In this document: positions 29,830 through 38,809 of the stretch, one piece after another | How the letters are laid out: each line of letters opens with the position of its first letter | Numbering within the stretch: position 1 is the first letter of the stretch | Source: a virus | Lineage: Duplodnaviria; Heunggongvirae; Uroviricota; Caudoviricetes | Strand: one strand, 5' to 3' | IMG/VR virus record: IMGVR_UViG_2541047698_000018 | Length of the DNA: 42,267 nucleotides | Program-made: the position numbers and the translations under genes | The notes under the pieces: generated by a model | The model's input: the letters and a program-made list of their open reading frames with translations, nothing else | Told to the model about the DNA's origin: nothing | Databases searched by the model: none

Positions 29830-30399
29830 TTACTGGTTGTAAGGATCGTAATCCGTGATTGCCTTCCCCGGATTTTCATCTTCAGCAGGCAGTCTGGCCT
29901 CTAAAGCATTTCGGTTGAACAGATAGGAAGCCCTACAGTGCGAACAAACCATATTAACGGCTCGCCCAAGGCCTGGCTTAATAACCAGACCTTCCGCTTG
30001 CAATATAGATTTTCTCTTTTGCTCGTAGCAATTGGGACAAATATAAACCGGAGATTGGTCAGTATCTGCAGAAAGCTTGCTGCGATAGACCAGAGTACCC
30101 CGCATAGGCTGGTAAAGTTCATAGCTCGCCGCTTCAGCGGCCCAGTTCTCTTGCTTTACTTTCTCATTTTCCAGTTCAACAATTTTCTCCTTAGCCGCAA
30201 TCAGCAGCTCCTGAAGCGACATTTGCTGCATCTGAACATCCATTAGCTTATCGAGTAAGGTGTGCGTCTTCTCTTTAACTGCATAGTCGACAGTCAGATT
30301 CTGAATCTCTCTTGCTGCTCCAACCGCGCCTTTAATTGCTCCTCCCACGCCGGATAACGATTCAGTTATCCGGGAAAGAATTCCTTTTTCTTCAGACAT
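29830..30399 (-). CDS. Hypothetical coiled-coil/zinc-ribbon protein, convergent with PL
   Basis: 189 aa; central heptad-like region; C-terminal CPNC...CSHC; sits at the rex-equivalent position next to cI. Confidence 0.55.
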   Translation of the reverse strand: MSEEKGILSRITESLSGVGGAIKGAVGAAREIQNLTVDYAVKEKTHTLLDKLMDVQMQQMSLQELLIAAKEKIVELENEKVKQENWAAEAASYELYQPMRGTLVYRSKLSADTDQSPVYICPNCYEQKRKSILQAEGLVIKPGLGRAVNMVCSHCRASYLFNRNALEARLPAEDENPGKAITDYDPYNQ

Positions 30400-30415
30400 A
30401 TCTAATCTCTCTCAA

Positions 30416-30461
30416 ACTGTAGGGGTGAAGAGATATTAGACGATTTCTCACTGTAGGGGTA
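30416..30461. repeat. Two 11-bp direct repeats upstream of the 189-aa gene
   Basis: actgtaggggt at 30416-30426 and 30451-30461, 35 bp apart, 17-60 nt before the gene start. Confidence 0.5.
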
Positions 30462-30538
30462 CAAGGAGAACCACCTCGCCTGATGTGGTTAAAAGCAGGC
30501 ACTCGATGATATCCATGTAATTGCTGTGTGTAGTCTTT

Positions 30539-30564
30539 GCCCGCCGCAAATGACGGGCTTTTTT
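30539..30564 (+). terminator. Hairpin plus T-run before early-left operon (tL-like)
   Basis: gcccg-ccgcaaatga-cgggc followed by tttttt. Confidence 0.4.
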
Positions 30565-30623
30565 ATGTCTGAAAGCGCACTCGCAACAGCGCGCTCCCCG
30601 ATATGAAAAAAGGAATACAACCG

Positions 30624-30773
30624 ATGAAACCTGAACACCTCTATCGACTGACGGGGCGCGATGTTCTCCGTTATCGCCGTAAAAACTTCGATTTGATGAC
30701 CGGTCTGGCCGTTGCCACTGCGCTCGGTCTGATCATCACTTTCATTCTCCTTGTTGCGAGGACCACAGTATGA
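30624..30773 (+). CDS. Small membrane protein (49 aa), first gene of early-left operon
   Basis: Not in ORF track (<60 aa); AAGGA Shine-Dalgarno; C-terminal hydrophobic helix; stop overlaps next start (ATGA). Confidence 0.3.
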   Translation: MKPEHLYRLTGRDVLRYRRKNFDLMTGLAVATALGLIITFILLVARTTV

Positions 30774-31672
30774 GTTTAGAAACCAGTCTCGAACTTAATA
30801 ATCAACTTCTGGCACAACATAATGCGCTGCTTGAACGTCTTATCCGCACAATGGCATCAGGTATTGTTATGCATCCTGACACGATTTCACGAGTGCAGGA
30901 ATGTCGGGATACAGCAACTGAAACTGAAAATATGTCAGCGGCAATGACACTGGATGATCTGGAGTTCAGCGACGTTATCGCACTGGCTGGTTTCTACCCG
31001 GTAGCCACCCCTATCACAGAAGACATGCTGCAACGTGCTGTTGCCTACCGTGATGCTGAAGGCGATAAACGAGTAGTTCAGATTGATGCTCTCGACAGCG
31101 CATTGCAGGGCGTCAAACGAGCCAGGGCACTGCATAAACCCGCTCTTCTGGACCTGTCCCGTAACATTCTTAAGTTCTGGGACGACCTGCCAACCATCGG
31201 CGAGCGACGTGCTTTTGCCGAGCAACTACTTGATGCACCTGCAGATGGGCGTGATGAAGTTAAGCCGAAAAAGGCCAGTAACAAAGATGGAGAACGCACG
31301 GGGCCGTTTTACGTCAAAAATGTATCCGGCACAGCAGCCAGTGAACTCCACACCTTACGCAAGTTGAACGAGATGCTTAAAAAAGGCCATATCGAGATCA
31401 ACCGTGTTGAGTACCTTCAGCTGCAGGAAGAATTTGCACGCAGAGACGCAGCAAATTCCAGCCAGAATAATGACGCCAAAGATGACCATACAATTGATTT
31501 CGCGGCACTACGCAAACAAGCTGAAGGGTTGATCCTCCAGTTAGCAAAAGGGGGTTACCGGGCAGAAGCTATTGCAATTCTGGAAAAACAGGGAGCCAGG
31601 AAACTTGGTGAAGTAACGGATGAAAATCTCGCTGAAGTAATCACCCTGGCTGAAAAAGCACTGGAGGGTTAA
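30770..31672 (+). CDS. Hypothetical early protein
   Basis: 300 aa, coupled to flanking genes; no motif recognised. Confidence 0.5.
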   Translation: MSLETSLELNNQLLAQHNALLERLIRTMASGIVMHPDTISRVQECRDTATETENMSAAMTLDDLEFSDVIALAGFYPVATPITEDMLQRAVAYRDAEGDKRVVQIDALDSALQGVKRARALHKPALLDLSRNILKFWDDLPTIGERRAFAEQLLDAPADGRDEVKPKKASNKDGERTGPFYVKNVSGTAASELHTLRKLNEMLKKGHIEINRVEYLQLQEEFARRDAANSSQNNDAKDDHTIDFAALRKQAEGLILQLAKGGYRAEAIAILEKQGARKLGEVTDENLAEVITLAEKALEG

Positions 31673-31674
31673 TC

Positions 31675-32976
31675 ATGCCAGACGTTCATGCACAACTTTC
31701 TCCATCATCAGCGCATCGATGGATGCGCTGCCCAGGAAGTCTGGCGCTGGAGGCCACACAACCGGATAAAGAAACAACTTTTGCAATCGAGGGCACTGCA
31801 GCGCACGCGCTTGCTGAAAAAGTTCTACGAAACAGGCAAAGCCACCCGGAACACTACGCCGGATGCAATGTTTCTATGTTTCTCGGCTCATACCCCCTTC
31901 GCGAAAATCCTGATGATACATCTGGCCCACAGGTGGATGATGAAATGGTCGAAGCCGTTGGCCGGTATGTTGATACGGTCTGGACTCTTGCACAGAATAA
32001 TGAACTATTGGTTGAACAACGTGTTGATTTCTCACATATAACGGGGGTGGAAGAATCTTTCGGAACTGCCGACGGCATAATCATCGCTGGTAACGAATTA
32101 CAAATCCACGACCTGAAATATGGCAAAGGCGTCCGCATTGATGCAGAACAAAATGAGCAACTACAACTGTATGCTCTGGGTGCGCTCGAACAATTCAGCA
32201 TGCTGTATGACTTTGAGACTGTAAGATTATTTATTCACCAGCCAAGGCTCAACCACGTTTCAGAATGGTCGTTAACCGTACAGGAACTTCAGTCTTTCGG
32301 TGAACGGGCACAGGAGGCCGCAACCAGTGCGATCCTTGTTCTCAATATTGCTGAATGCGAAGGCATTGAGACACTACCGCTGGAAAACTTCATACCTGGA
32401 GAAAAACAGTGCCGCTTCTGTAAAGCAAAAGCTATTTGCACTGCCCAGAAAATGCAGCATTTACAAACAGCGGCCAGCGATTTTGAAGATCTGACAAAGC
32501 CTGTCAGCGAAATAATCACCAATGCCAGCGCACGTGTACCTCTGTTAACCATTGAGCAGCTTGCGGAGATCTATAGCCAGGCCGACTTTATTGAATCCTG
32601 GCTAAAGGCAGTACGGGACCGGGTTCACAATGAACTCAATGCCGGACATCCGGTACCGGGGTTTAAACTGGTAACAGGAAAACAAGGTAACCGGGTCTGG
32701 AGTGATGAAGAGGCAGCTCGCGCACTTCTGAAGGACCAGTTCAGGTACAAAACTGAAGAAGTATTCGACTTTAAACTTATTAGTCCCACAAAAGCCGAAA
32801 AACTTATCAAAAAGGCCAGTCCGCGCCGTTGGTCAAAAGTCGAGGCACTGATAACACGAGCTGATGGTAAACCAACCGTCGTTCCCGAGTCAGACCCACG
32901 CCCCGCACTCAATATCAACCCTATAAATGATTTCGACGACGTATCCGACGATACGCTAACCGCAGACCTCATCTGA
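31675..32976 (+). CDS. PD-(D/E)XK nuclease, Cas4/DUF2800-like
   Basis: 433 aa; N-terminal Cys (RWMRCPGS), IHDLKYGKG nuclease core, C-terminal [10 protein letters not shown] cluster. Confidence 0.7.
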   Translation: MPDVHAQLSPSSAHRWMRCPGSLALEATQPDKETTFAIEGTAAHALAEKVLRNRQSHPEHYAGCNVSMFLGSYPLRENPDDTSGPQVDDEMVEAVGRYVDTVWTLAQNNELLVEQRVDFSHITGVEESFGTADGIIIAGNELQIHDLKYGKGVRIDAEQNEQLQLYALGALEQFSMLYDFETVRLFIHQPRLNHVSEWSLTVQELQSFGERAQEAATSAILVLNIAECEGIETLPLENFIPGEKQCRFCKAKAICTAQKMQHLQTAASDFEDLTKPVSEIITNASARVPLLTIEQLAEIYSQADFIESWLKAVRDRVHNELNAGHPVPGFKLVTGKQGNRVWSDEEAARALLKDQFRYKTEEVFDFKLISPTKAEKLIKKASPRRWSKVEALITRADGKPTVVPESDPRPALNINPINDFDDVSDDTLTADLI

Positions 32977-32991
32977 TTTAAGGAAATCCCC

Positions 32992-33540
32992 ATGAAACTG
33001 AAGCTGAACAATGTTCGTCTGGCCTTCCCGTCTCTGTTTGAAGCTAAAACTGTAAACGGCGAAGGCGATCCACGTTTCTCCGCAGTATTTTTAATGTCAC
33101 CCAAACACCCACAACTGGAAGAAATCCGTAAAGCTATGAAGCAGGTAGCGAAGGAAAAATGGGGAGAGAAGTGGGAGCCCATTTATAACCAGCTGGAGAA
33201 AAAACTCAATCTGTGCCTGCATGATGGTGATGAAAAAGCAGAGTATGAAGGCTTCCCCGGTAATTTCTTCCTGAATGCTGCTAACAAAGCGCGCCCAGCT
33301 GTTCTTGATCGCGATCGTTCGCCACTTATTCAGGCTGACGGACGTCCCTATGCAGGGTGCTATGTAAACGCCGTTATCGATATCTGGGCACAGGACAATA
33401 ATTTCGGTAAACGCATTAATGCCTCACTCGGCGGAGTCCAGTTCCTGCGAGACGGCGATGCATTCGCTGGCGGCGGAGTGGCAAGCGCTGACGATTTCGA
33501 CGATATCAGCGAAGGTGCTGATGCTGAAGCACTAATTTAA
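32992..33540 (+). CDS. DUF2815-like ssDNA-binding protein
   Basis: 182 aa with acidic C-terminal tail (DDFDDISEGADAEALI); sits between nuclease and polymerase. Confidence 0.6.
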   Translation: MKLKLNNVRLAFPSLFEAKTVNGEGDPRFSAVFLMSPKHPQLEEIRKAMKQVAKEKWGEKWEPIYNQLEKKLNLCLHDGDEKAEYEGFPGNFFLNAANKARPAVLDRDRSPLIQADGRPYAGCYVNAVIDIWAQDNNFGKRINASLGGVQFLRDGDAFAGGGVASADDFDDISEGADAEALI

Positions 33541-33555
33541 CCCTACTTCATAGAC

Positions 33556-33574
33556 GCCCGGTTAAACACCGGGC
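33556..33574. other. Hairpin between convergent genes
   Basis: gcccggt-taaac-accgggc perfect 7-bp stem. Confidence 0.4.
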
Positions 33575-33592
33575 TACTGATTAGGCGTATAA

Positions 33593-34222
33593 TCACTCAG
33601 GAATCTTAATCTTTCTCAATTCTTTATTTAGTTCACAGATCTTTTTCTTAGACGGGAAAGTATCATACATCCAAAAACCAACAGTCTCTAAAACTATTAT
33701 CATAACCATATACACAAGATAATTTAAAAGGCCTTCATTTTGCCCTATGGAAATAATGCAGATAATAGAAAAAAGGGTAAACAGCACAAAACACAGAAAG
33801 GAAAACAGACGACTAACAATAAATAAAAAACCTGAAAAATCAACATTAATAAAAAACACTCCGTTATCTTTCTCTATATAATTCTGAAGCTTAATCAACT
33901 GATTTATATACTGTCTTTTTTCTAATCTATTGCAAATGTAAATAACATCTCTTCGGTTATAAGAGGATTGCAATTTCAGCGCATCACGAATAATTTTATC
34001 ATTTATTCTTTTTTCTATGGCACTCTTATCCTCCTCATCCAGATAACGTTCATACTTAACTAAATATAAAATTAACTTCTTGACATATTTAGGCTCTTTA
34101 TACTTATAATTAAAAATGATCTTTCTTATCCAGACTCCCATAACAATCAAACATGAAAAAATATATCCAGCTATTTTCTCCAGATGCTCTGTATGGTCAA
34201 TCAAGTATTGGATCATATGCAT
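33593..34222 (-). CDS. AT-rich multi-pass membrane protein (moron, opposite strand)
   Basis: 209 aa; Lys/Ile/Tyr-rich; N-terminal and C-terminal hydrophobic helices; antisense to replication operon. Confidence 0.5.
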   Translation of the reverse strand: MHMIQYLIDHTEHLEKIAGYIFSCLIVMGVWIRKIIFNYKYKEPKYVKKLILYLVKYERYLDEEDKSAIEKRINDKIIRDALKLQSSYNRRDVIYICNRLEKRQYINQLIKLQNYIEKDNGVFFINVDFSGFLFIVSRLFSFLCFVLFTLFSIICIISIGQNEGLLNYLVYMVMIIVLETVGFWMYDTFPSKKKICELNKELRKIKIPE

Positions 34223-34268
34223 AATTAATCTTTTAATCAGTTAATATAATAAAAACCAAGGTAAACAC

Positions 34269-36332
34269 ATGTCCAATATACTATGGGGCGACCTGGAAAC
34301 CTATTGCGAAATCCCTATTACGAACGGTACCCATGCGTATGCCGAAGGCGTTGAAGTGATGCTTTTCGCATGGGCTATCAACGACGGGCCAGTAAACGTG
34401 TGGGATATCACTGCCGGTGGTGGTATTCCACACGGCTTATACGAAGCAATCGCAGACCCTGAAACCCTGCTTTATTTCCATAACTCTCACTTCGACCGCA
34501 CCGTTCTGCGTTATGCAATGCCGCGCCTGGCACCGCCAGTCGAACGTTGGCGCGACACAATGGTGCAGGCGCTGGCGCACGGTCTCCCGGGGTCTCTGGG
34601 GGAACTCTGCGAAGTACTAGGCGTCCCGCAAGACAAAGCGAAGGACAAAGAAGGTAAAGCGCTGATCCAGCTGTTCTGTAAGCCACGCCCGAAAAACAGC
34701 AAACTGCGCCGGGCCACCAGCAAAACCCACCCGGAAGAATGGCGGCGCTTTGTTGCTTACGCCGGACTGGATATCGAGGCAATGCGCGAAGTCTATAAAC
34801 GTCTGCCGAAGTGGAATTATCAGGGGACAGAACTGGCGCTCTGGCATCGTGATCAGCAGATCAATGACCGGGGCGTCTGCATGGACGTGGAACTCGCACG
34901 CGCTGCGATCGACGCGGTAGACCAGGAACAAAAGCGCCTGGCAAAGCGTACACAGGAAATGACTGATGGCGAAGTGCAGGCAGCCACACAACGAGACGCG
35001 TTGATTAAGCACATTGTTGAATCCTACGGTGTGGAGCTACCAGACATGCAACGCAGTACTCTGGAACGTCGTATTGCCGACCCCGATTTACCATCTGCCG
35101 TGAAAGAACTGCTGGCTATCCGCCTGCAGGCCAGTACTACCAGCACCAGTAAATACAAGGCACTGATGAAAGGCGTAAGCCACGACGGGCGCTTACGCGG
35201 TACGCTACAGTTCTGCGGGGCGTCACGTACCGGTCGTTGGGCCGGACGGCTATTCCAGCCCCAGAACCTTCCCCGCCCTTCACTAAAACAGGAACAAATA
35301 GACGAAAGCATCGAAGCACTGAAAGCCGGATGTGCAGACCTGCTGTTTGACAATATCATGGAACTAACCAGTTCAGCGTTACGTGGCTGCATTATCGCGC
35401 CAACAGGCAAAAAGCTGGTGGTAAGTGACTTGTCGAACATTGAAGGCCGTATGCTGGCATGGCTGGCGGGAGAAGAATGGAAACTGAATGCATTCAGAGA
35501 GTACGACGCCGGAACGGGTCCGGACTTATATAAACTGGCGTATGCAAAAGCTTTCGATATTGCACCAGATGATGTTGATAAACACATGCGTCAGATCGGT
35601 AAAGTCATGGAACTCGGTCTGGGTTATGGTGGTGGTGTGTCGGCCTTCATCACTTTTGCACTGGTTTACGGTCTCGATCTCGACGAGCTGGCGAACGCCG
35701 CACTACCAAACATTCCCCGCGATGTTATCCGCGAGGCGAAAAGCTGGTACGACGAATCGGTTAAACGCAAGTCAACCTACGGGCTTTCTGAACGGGTATT
35801 TATCGCCTGCGACTCACTTAAACGTCTCTGGCGCCGGGCGCATCCCGCGACCTGTGATTTCTGGTACGAACTGGAGCGCACCGTCCGCACTGCAATCGCC
35901 ACACCGCAAAAAACATTGTATTGCGGTTATCTTAAAATCCGCCGCGATGGCGCGTGGCTGCGCATACAGCTACCATCCGGACGCGCTGTATGCTACCCGT
36001 CTCCGGTTATCGAAAAAGGGAATATCACCTACATGGGGGTTAACTCTTATTCGCGTAAATGGCAACGACTCAAAACCTACGGCGGAAAGCTGGTGGAGAA
36101 CATCACCCAGGCGGCCGCCCGCGACATTCTGGCCGGAAACATGCCGCTTATCGAAGATGCCGGTTACAGCATTGTGCTGACGGTACACGACGAGGTGATC
36201 ACCGAAGCACCTGACACAGAAGATTTCAACGATAAAGCGCTTTCCGCGCTTCTCTCCACTGACCCCGAATGGGCGCCCGATATCCCACTGAACGCTGGCG
36301 GTTTTGAGGCGTACCACTACAAAAAAGATTGA
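34269..36332 (+). CDS. DNA polymerase, family A, with 3'-5' exonuclease
   Basis: 687 aa; exo motif DLETY; motif [18 protein letters not shown]; motif [17 protein letters not shown]; motif C VHDEV. Confidence 0.85.
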   Translation: MSNILWGDLETYCEIPITNGTHAYAEGVEVMLFAWAINDGPVNVWDITAGGGIPHGLYEAIADPETLLYFHNSHFDRTVLRYAMPRLAPPVERWRDTMVQALAHGLPGSLGELCEVLGVPQDKAKDKEGKALIQLFCKPRPKNSKLRRATSKTHPEEWRRFVAYAGLDIEAMREVYKRLPKWNYQGTELALWHRDQQINDRGVCMDVELARAAIDAVDQEQKRLAKRTQEMTDGEVQAATQRDALIKHIVESYGVELPDMQRSTLERRIADPDLPSAVKELLAIRLQASTTSTSKYKALMKGVSHDGRLRGTLQFCGASRTGRWAGRLFQPQNLPRPSLKQEQIDESIEALKAGCADLLFDNIMELTSSALRGCIIAPTGKKLVVSDLSNIEGRMLAWLAGEEWKLNAFREYDAGTGPDLYKLAYAKAFDIAPDDVDKHMRQIGKVMELGLGYGGGVSAFITFALVYGLDLDELANAALPNIPRDVIREAKSWYDESVKRKSTYGLSERVFIACDSLKRLWRRAHPATCDFWYELERTVRTAIATPQKTLYCGYLKIRRDGAWLRIQLPSGRAVCYPSPVIEKGNITYMGVNSYSRKWQRLKTYGGKLVENITQAAARDILAGNMPLIEDAGYSIVLTVHDEVITEAPDTEDFNDKALSALLSTDPEWAPDIPLNAGGFEAYHYKKD

Positions 36333-36396
36333 TATAACTCACCTTATCGAGCTATGGCGACATGCTGAATTCGAGTAAATTAAAGGAACAATACTT

Positions 36397-37158
36397 ATGC
36401 AGGAACTAACTGAAATGCCGATCACCTATCCATACCCGAGAGAATCTTTTCCTGACTTTTTGAGGGAGTGTGGGTTCACCAATTTTTCCCACGAACAGCG
36501 TGAGACTTGTGACTGCTATCGTTTAACGAATGGCGTAATTGTTAACCTTTACACCACCCGGACCATTCAGTTTCAAGGTAACCCTCAAGAACGTCCCAAT
36601 GTTGAAACTGCAATAATGACCCATTTAGGAACGCCGCCCACGGCAACACCACTAGCCGTAGAACAGCCATCTGAGCTCCCCAAAAAGATATTCATTGTTC
36701 ACGGCCATGACCATACTGCAAAGGAGCAACTTGAGCTAATCCTTCATAAACTTGGATTACCAGACCATTTCATTTTGCAGAATACGGGAGGGACTGGACT
36801 CACCATTATTGAAGAGCTTGAACGTGAAATTGGGCAAGGACAAACTGCTACCCGTTTCGGGATTGTTCTTTTGACACCTGATGATATGGGATACTCAAAG
36901 CGCGCCGGTGAAGCAGAAATCCAACCCCGCGCAAGACAGAACGTTGTACTCGAGATGGGTATGCTTCTTTCGTCCTTAGGGCGCAGCAATGTAGCAATCC
37001 TTCAGAAACAGCACCTAGAACAGCCTTCTGATGCTAACGGGATTTTGTATCTGAATTTCAACGACCATGTACGTGAAACAGTTCCTCGTCTAGTGCAACG
37101 GTTACAAAATTCTGGTTTCGAATTTACACAAGCTCAAATAGCTAACGCTTCCTCGTAA
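36397..37158 (+). CDS. TIR-like (COG4271/PF10137-type) nucleotide-binding domain protein with unknown N-terminal domain
   Basis: 253 aa; KKIFIVHGHD, VLLTPDD, ARQNVVLEMGMLLSSLGR resemble the TIR-like family as recalled. Confidence 0.5.
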   Translation: MQELTEMPITYPYPRESFPDFLRECGFTNFSHEQRETCDCYRLTNGVIVNLYTTRTIQFQGNPQERPNVETAIMTHLGTPPTATPLAVEQPSELPKKIFIVHGHDHTAKEQLELILHKLGLPDHFILQNTGGTGLTIIEELEREIGQGQTATRFGIVLLTPDDMGYSKRAGEAEIQPRARQNVVLEMGMLLSSLGRSNVAILQKQHLEQPSDANGILYLNFNDHVRETVPRLVQRLQNSGFEFTQAQIANASS

Positions 37159-37181
37159 TTACCCCTTATTGTTGATTACAA

Positions 37182-37202
37182 CCCTGCATCGCGGGGTTTT
37201 TT
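37182..37202 (+). terminator. Terminator after TIR-like gene
   Basis: ccctgc-atc-gcgggg followed by tttttt. Confidence 0.5.
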
Positions 37203-37392
37203 ATTTGGGAATAAAAAACCTATGTCATTTAAATACCGGGACAGTCCGCTTTATTACCGGACTGTGCGGGAGGCTTTGCACCTTGAACAGTCCGGCGGGT
37301 ACGACCGGGCGATGCAGGTCTGGGCCAAAGCGAACGTCGGTTTGATTTTTGTCTGATGCAGAACATGCGCGAAAAGCGTAAGGAGGTGGACG

Positions 37393-37587
37393 ATGTCTAA
37401 TATCGATAATAAGGGTTGGGGGTTCCCCGCTCTGTCAAAAAAAGCACATTTCTTTAATTCGGGGGAAGCCATATCACTATGCGGAAAATGGATGTTCATA
37501 GGTATCAGGATTGATGAATGGCATGACCATCCTGAGAACTGCGCTATCTGCATGAAGAAACGCAAAAAGCAGGAAGGCGAAAGCTAA
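37393..37587 (+). CDS. Small Cys/His-rich protein
   Basis: 64 aa; C...H-x-H...C-x2-C; stop overlaps VRR-NUC start. Confidence 0.35.
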   Translation: MSNIDNKGWGFPALSKKAHFFNSGEAISLCGKWMFIGIRIDEWHDHPENCAICMKKRKKQEGES

Positions 37588-37856
37588 TGGCCTATGAACG
37601 TGAAAACCTAATCGAAAAGCACCTCGTCGCTGAAGTGAAAAAAGCTGGCGGGGTTGCCTTTAAGTTCGTATCTCCCGGTCGCCGCTCGGTACCAGATCGC
37701 ATTGTTCTGCTACCCGGCGGTCGCATCGTCTTTGTCGAATGCAAAGCACCAAGCAAACCTCCACGACCTGATCAGTTGCGCGAACATGAACGACTGCGCG
37801 CACTGGGCTTTAGCGTGGTGGTACTAGATAGCAAAAATCTAGAGAGGATATTGTAG
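37587..37856 (+). CDS. VRR-NUC domain nuclease
   Basis: 89 aa; PDRIVLL...IVFVECKAP matches VRR-NUC D...ExK core. Confidence 0.7.
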   Translation: MAYERENLIEKHLVAEVKKAGGVAFKFVSPGRRSVPDRIVLLPGGRIVFVECKAPSKPPRPDQLREHERLRALGFSVVVLDSKNLERIL

Positions 37857-37879
37857 CGTGAGAATTCTTCACGCTACAA
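37851..37879. terminator. Bidirectional hairpin between convergent units
   Basis: Perfect 11-bp stem ttgtagcgtga / tcacgctacaa with 7-nt loop, overlapping VRR-NUC stop. Confidence 0.55.
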
Positions 37880-37885
37880 TTATAA

Positions 37886-38146
37886 TTAGGGTTTTTTAGG
37901 GGGAGGAGCTACAGGACGAGTTTGTGACGGAGGCTGGTAACCATCACGCTTCTCTGACTCTAACGAACTTGGGCATTGCTGCATAGTTATAGGTGAACTA
38001 AAAAAGCCCATACTTCCATTATTTTGTGGTTGGTAACCATTGATAGCAAGACGTTCATTAGAAACTTTTGGTTGATACCCTTCCATAATTGCTTGATAGT
38101 TATTTACGTCCAATGCGTCATTACTCATCTTTTTATTAATAGTCAA
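37886..38146 (-). CDS. Small protein with three GYQP repeats and Pro-rich tail
   Basis: 86 aa; EGYQPK, NGYQPQ, DGYQPP; second gene of AT-rich minus-strand cassette. Confidence 0.4.
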   Translation of the reverse strand: MTINKKMSNDALDVNNYQAIMEGYQPKVSNERLAINGYQPQNNGSMGFFSSPITMQQCPSSLESEKRDGYQPPSQTRPVAPPPKKP

Positions 38147-38169
38147 TTTATACCACCTTTATTTTTAAC

Positions 38170-38772
38170 TTAAATTGAATAAAACTCTACGGTAAGAACA
38201 TCTGTAGTCAGAACCAACACACCTAAAGTTCGTTCTTTAGGTCTATCAAACCCACCGTCATCATTGATGTGCCAACTTTCAATCAAATAAATTTGCTCAG
38301 GTTCTGGGCTGCTTGAGGCAAAGGCATTACCTGCGTACAGCCCCCCTATTTTTTTACCATCTTTTAGGGTGATAATAACCCAACAAGCAGGAGCATTCCT
38401 GAAGAAAAAATCCCATGGACGCCCCACTGGATGCGGCAATTTATTTCTAAAAAACTGCGATTCTCTTAATTTATACAGAGCTACAGGAAGCAACGATGGA
38501 GATATAAAAAACGCTAAGAAGTACATTAGATAATATAAAAACAATGAATAATCAAATAAGTTATTCCGCTCTGCGAAATAAATCGGGAAAAACCAAATAG
38601 CATAATTAATGCAGCTATAAGCAACAGCATCAATAATTATTTTGGATGACTCTTTTTTAACCGAAGGATGAAGTGCTTCGTACACTTTTATACTAATAAA
38701 TCCAGGAACCACAAAAATAATAAAAATAAATAGTTTATCAAAGCTCCAAATATCCATACTTCTCTCCACCAT
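38170..38772 (-). CDS. AT-rich membrane protein with C-terminal soluble domain
   Basis: 200 aa; about 3 hydrophobic helices in the first 110 aa; opposite strand to flanking replication genes. Confidence 0.5.
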   Translation of the reverse strand: MVERSMDIWSFDKLFIFIIFVVPGFISIKVYEALHPSVKKESSKIIIDAVAYSCINYAIWFFPIYFAERNNLFDYSLFLYYLMYFLAFFISPSLLPVALYKLRESQFFRNKLPHPVGRPWDFFFRNAPACWVIITLKDGKKIGGLYAGNAFASSSPEPEQIYLIESWHINDDGGFDRPKERTLGVLVLTTDVLTVEFYSI

Positions 38773-38809
38773 CGCTTCTCCAGAACATTATACACATACA
38801 GGTTTCGAA

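Noticed and set aside
29595-29879. 94-aa minus-strand ORF downstream of the 189-aa gene
   Set aside because: Overlaps the 3' end of the 189-aa gene and spans the structured boxA/hairpin region; no start context; more likely noncoding.
29938-30246. Arg-rich 102-aa plus-strand ORF as a possible N-like antiterminator downstream of PL
   Set aside because: Wholly contained antisense within the 189-aa minus-strand gene, which has paired CxxC motifs and coiled-coil character a spurious frame would not; no Shine-Dalgarno.
37254-37565. 103-aa minus-strand ORF between TIR-like and VRR-NUC genes
   Set aside because: Antisense to the small plus-strand ORFs coupled to VRR-NUC; low-complexity translation; no start context.
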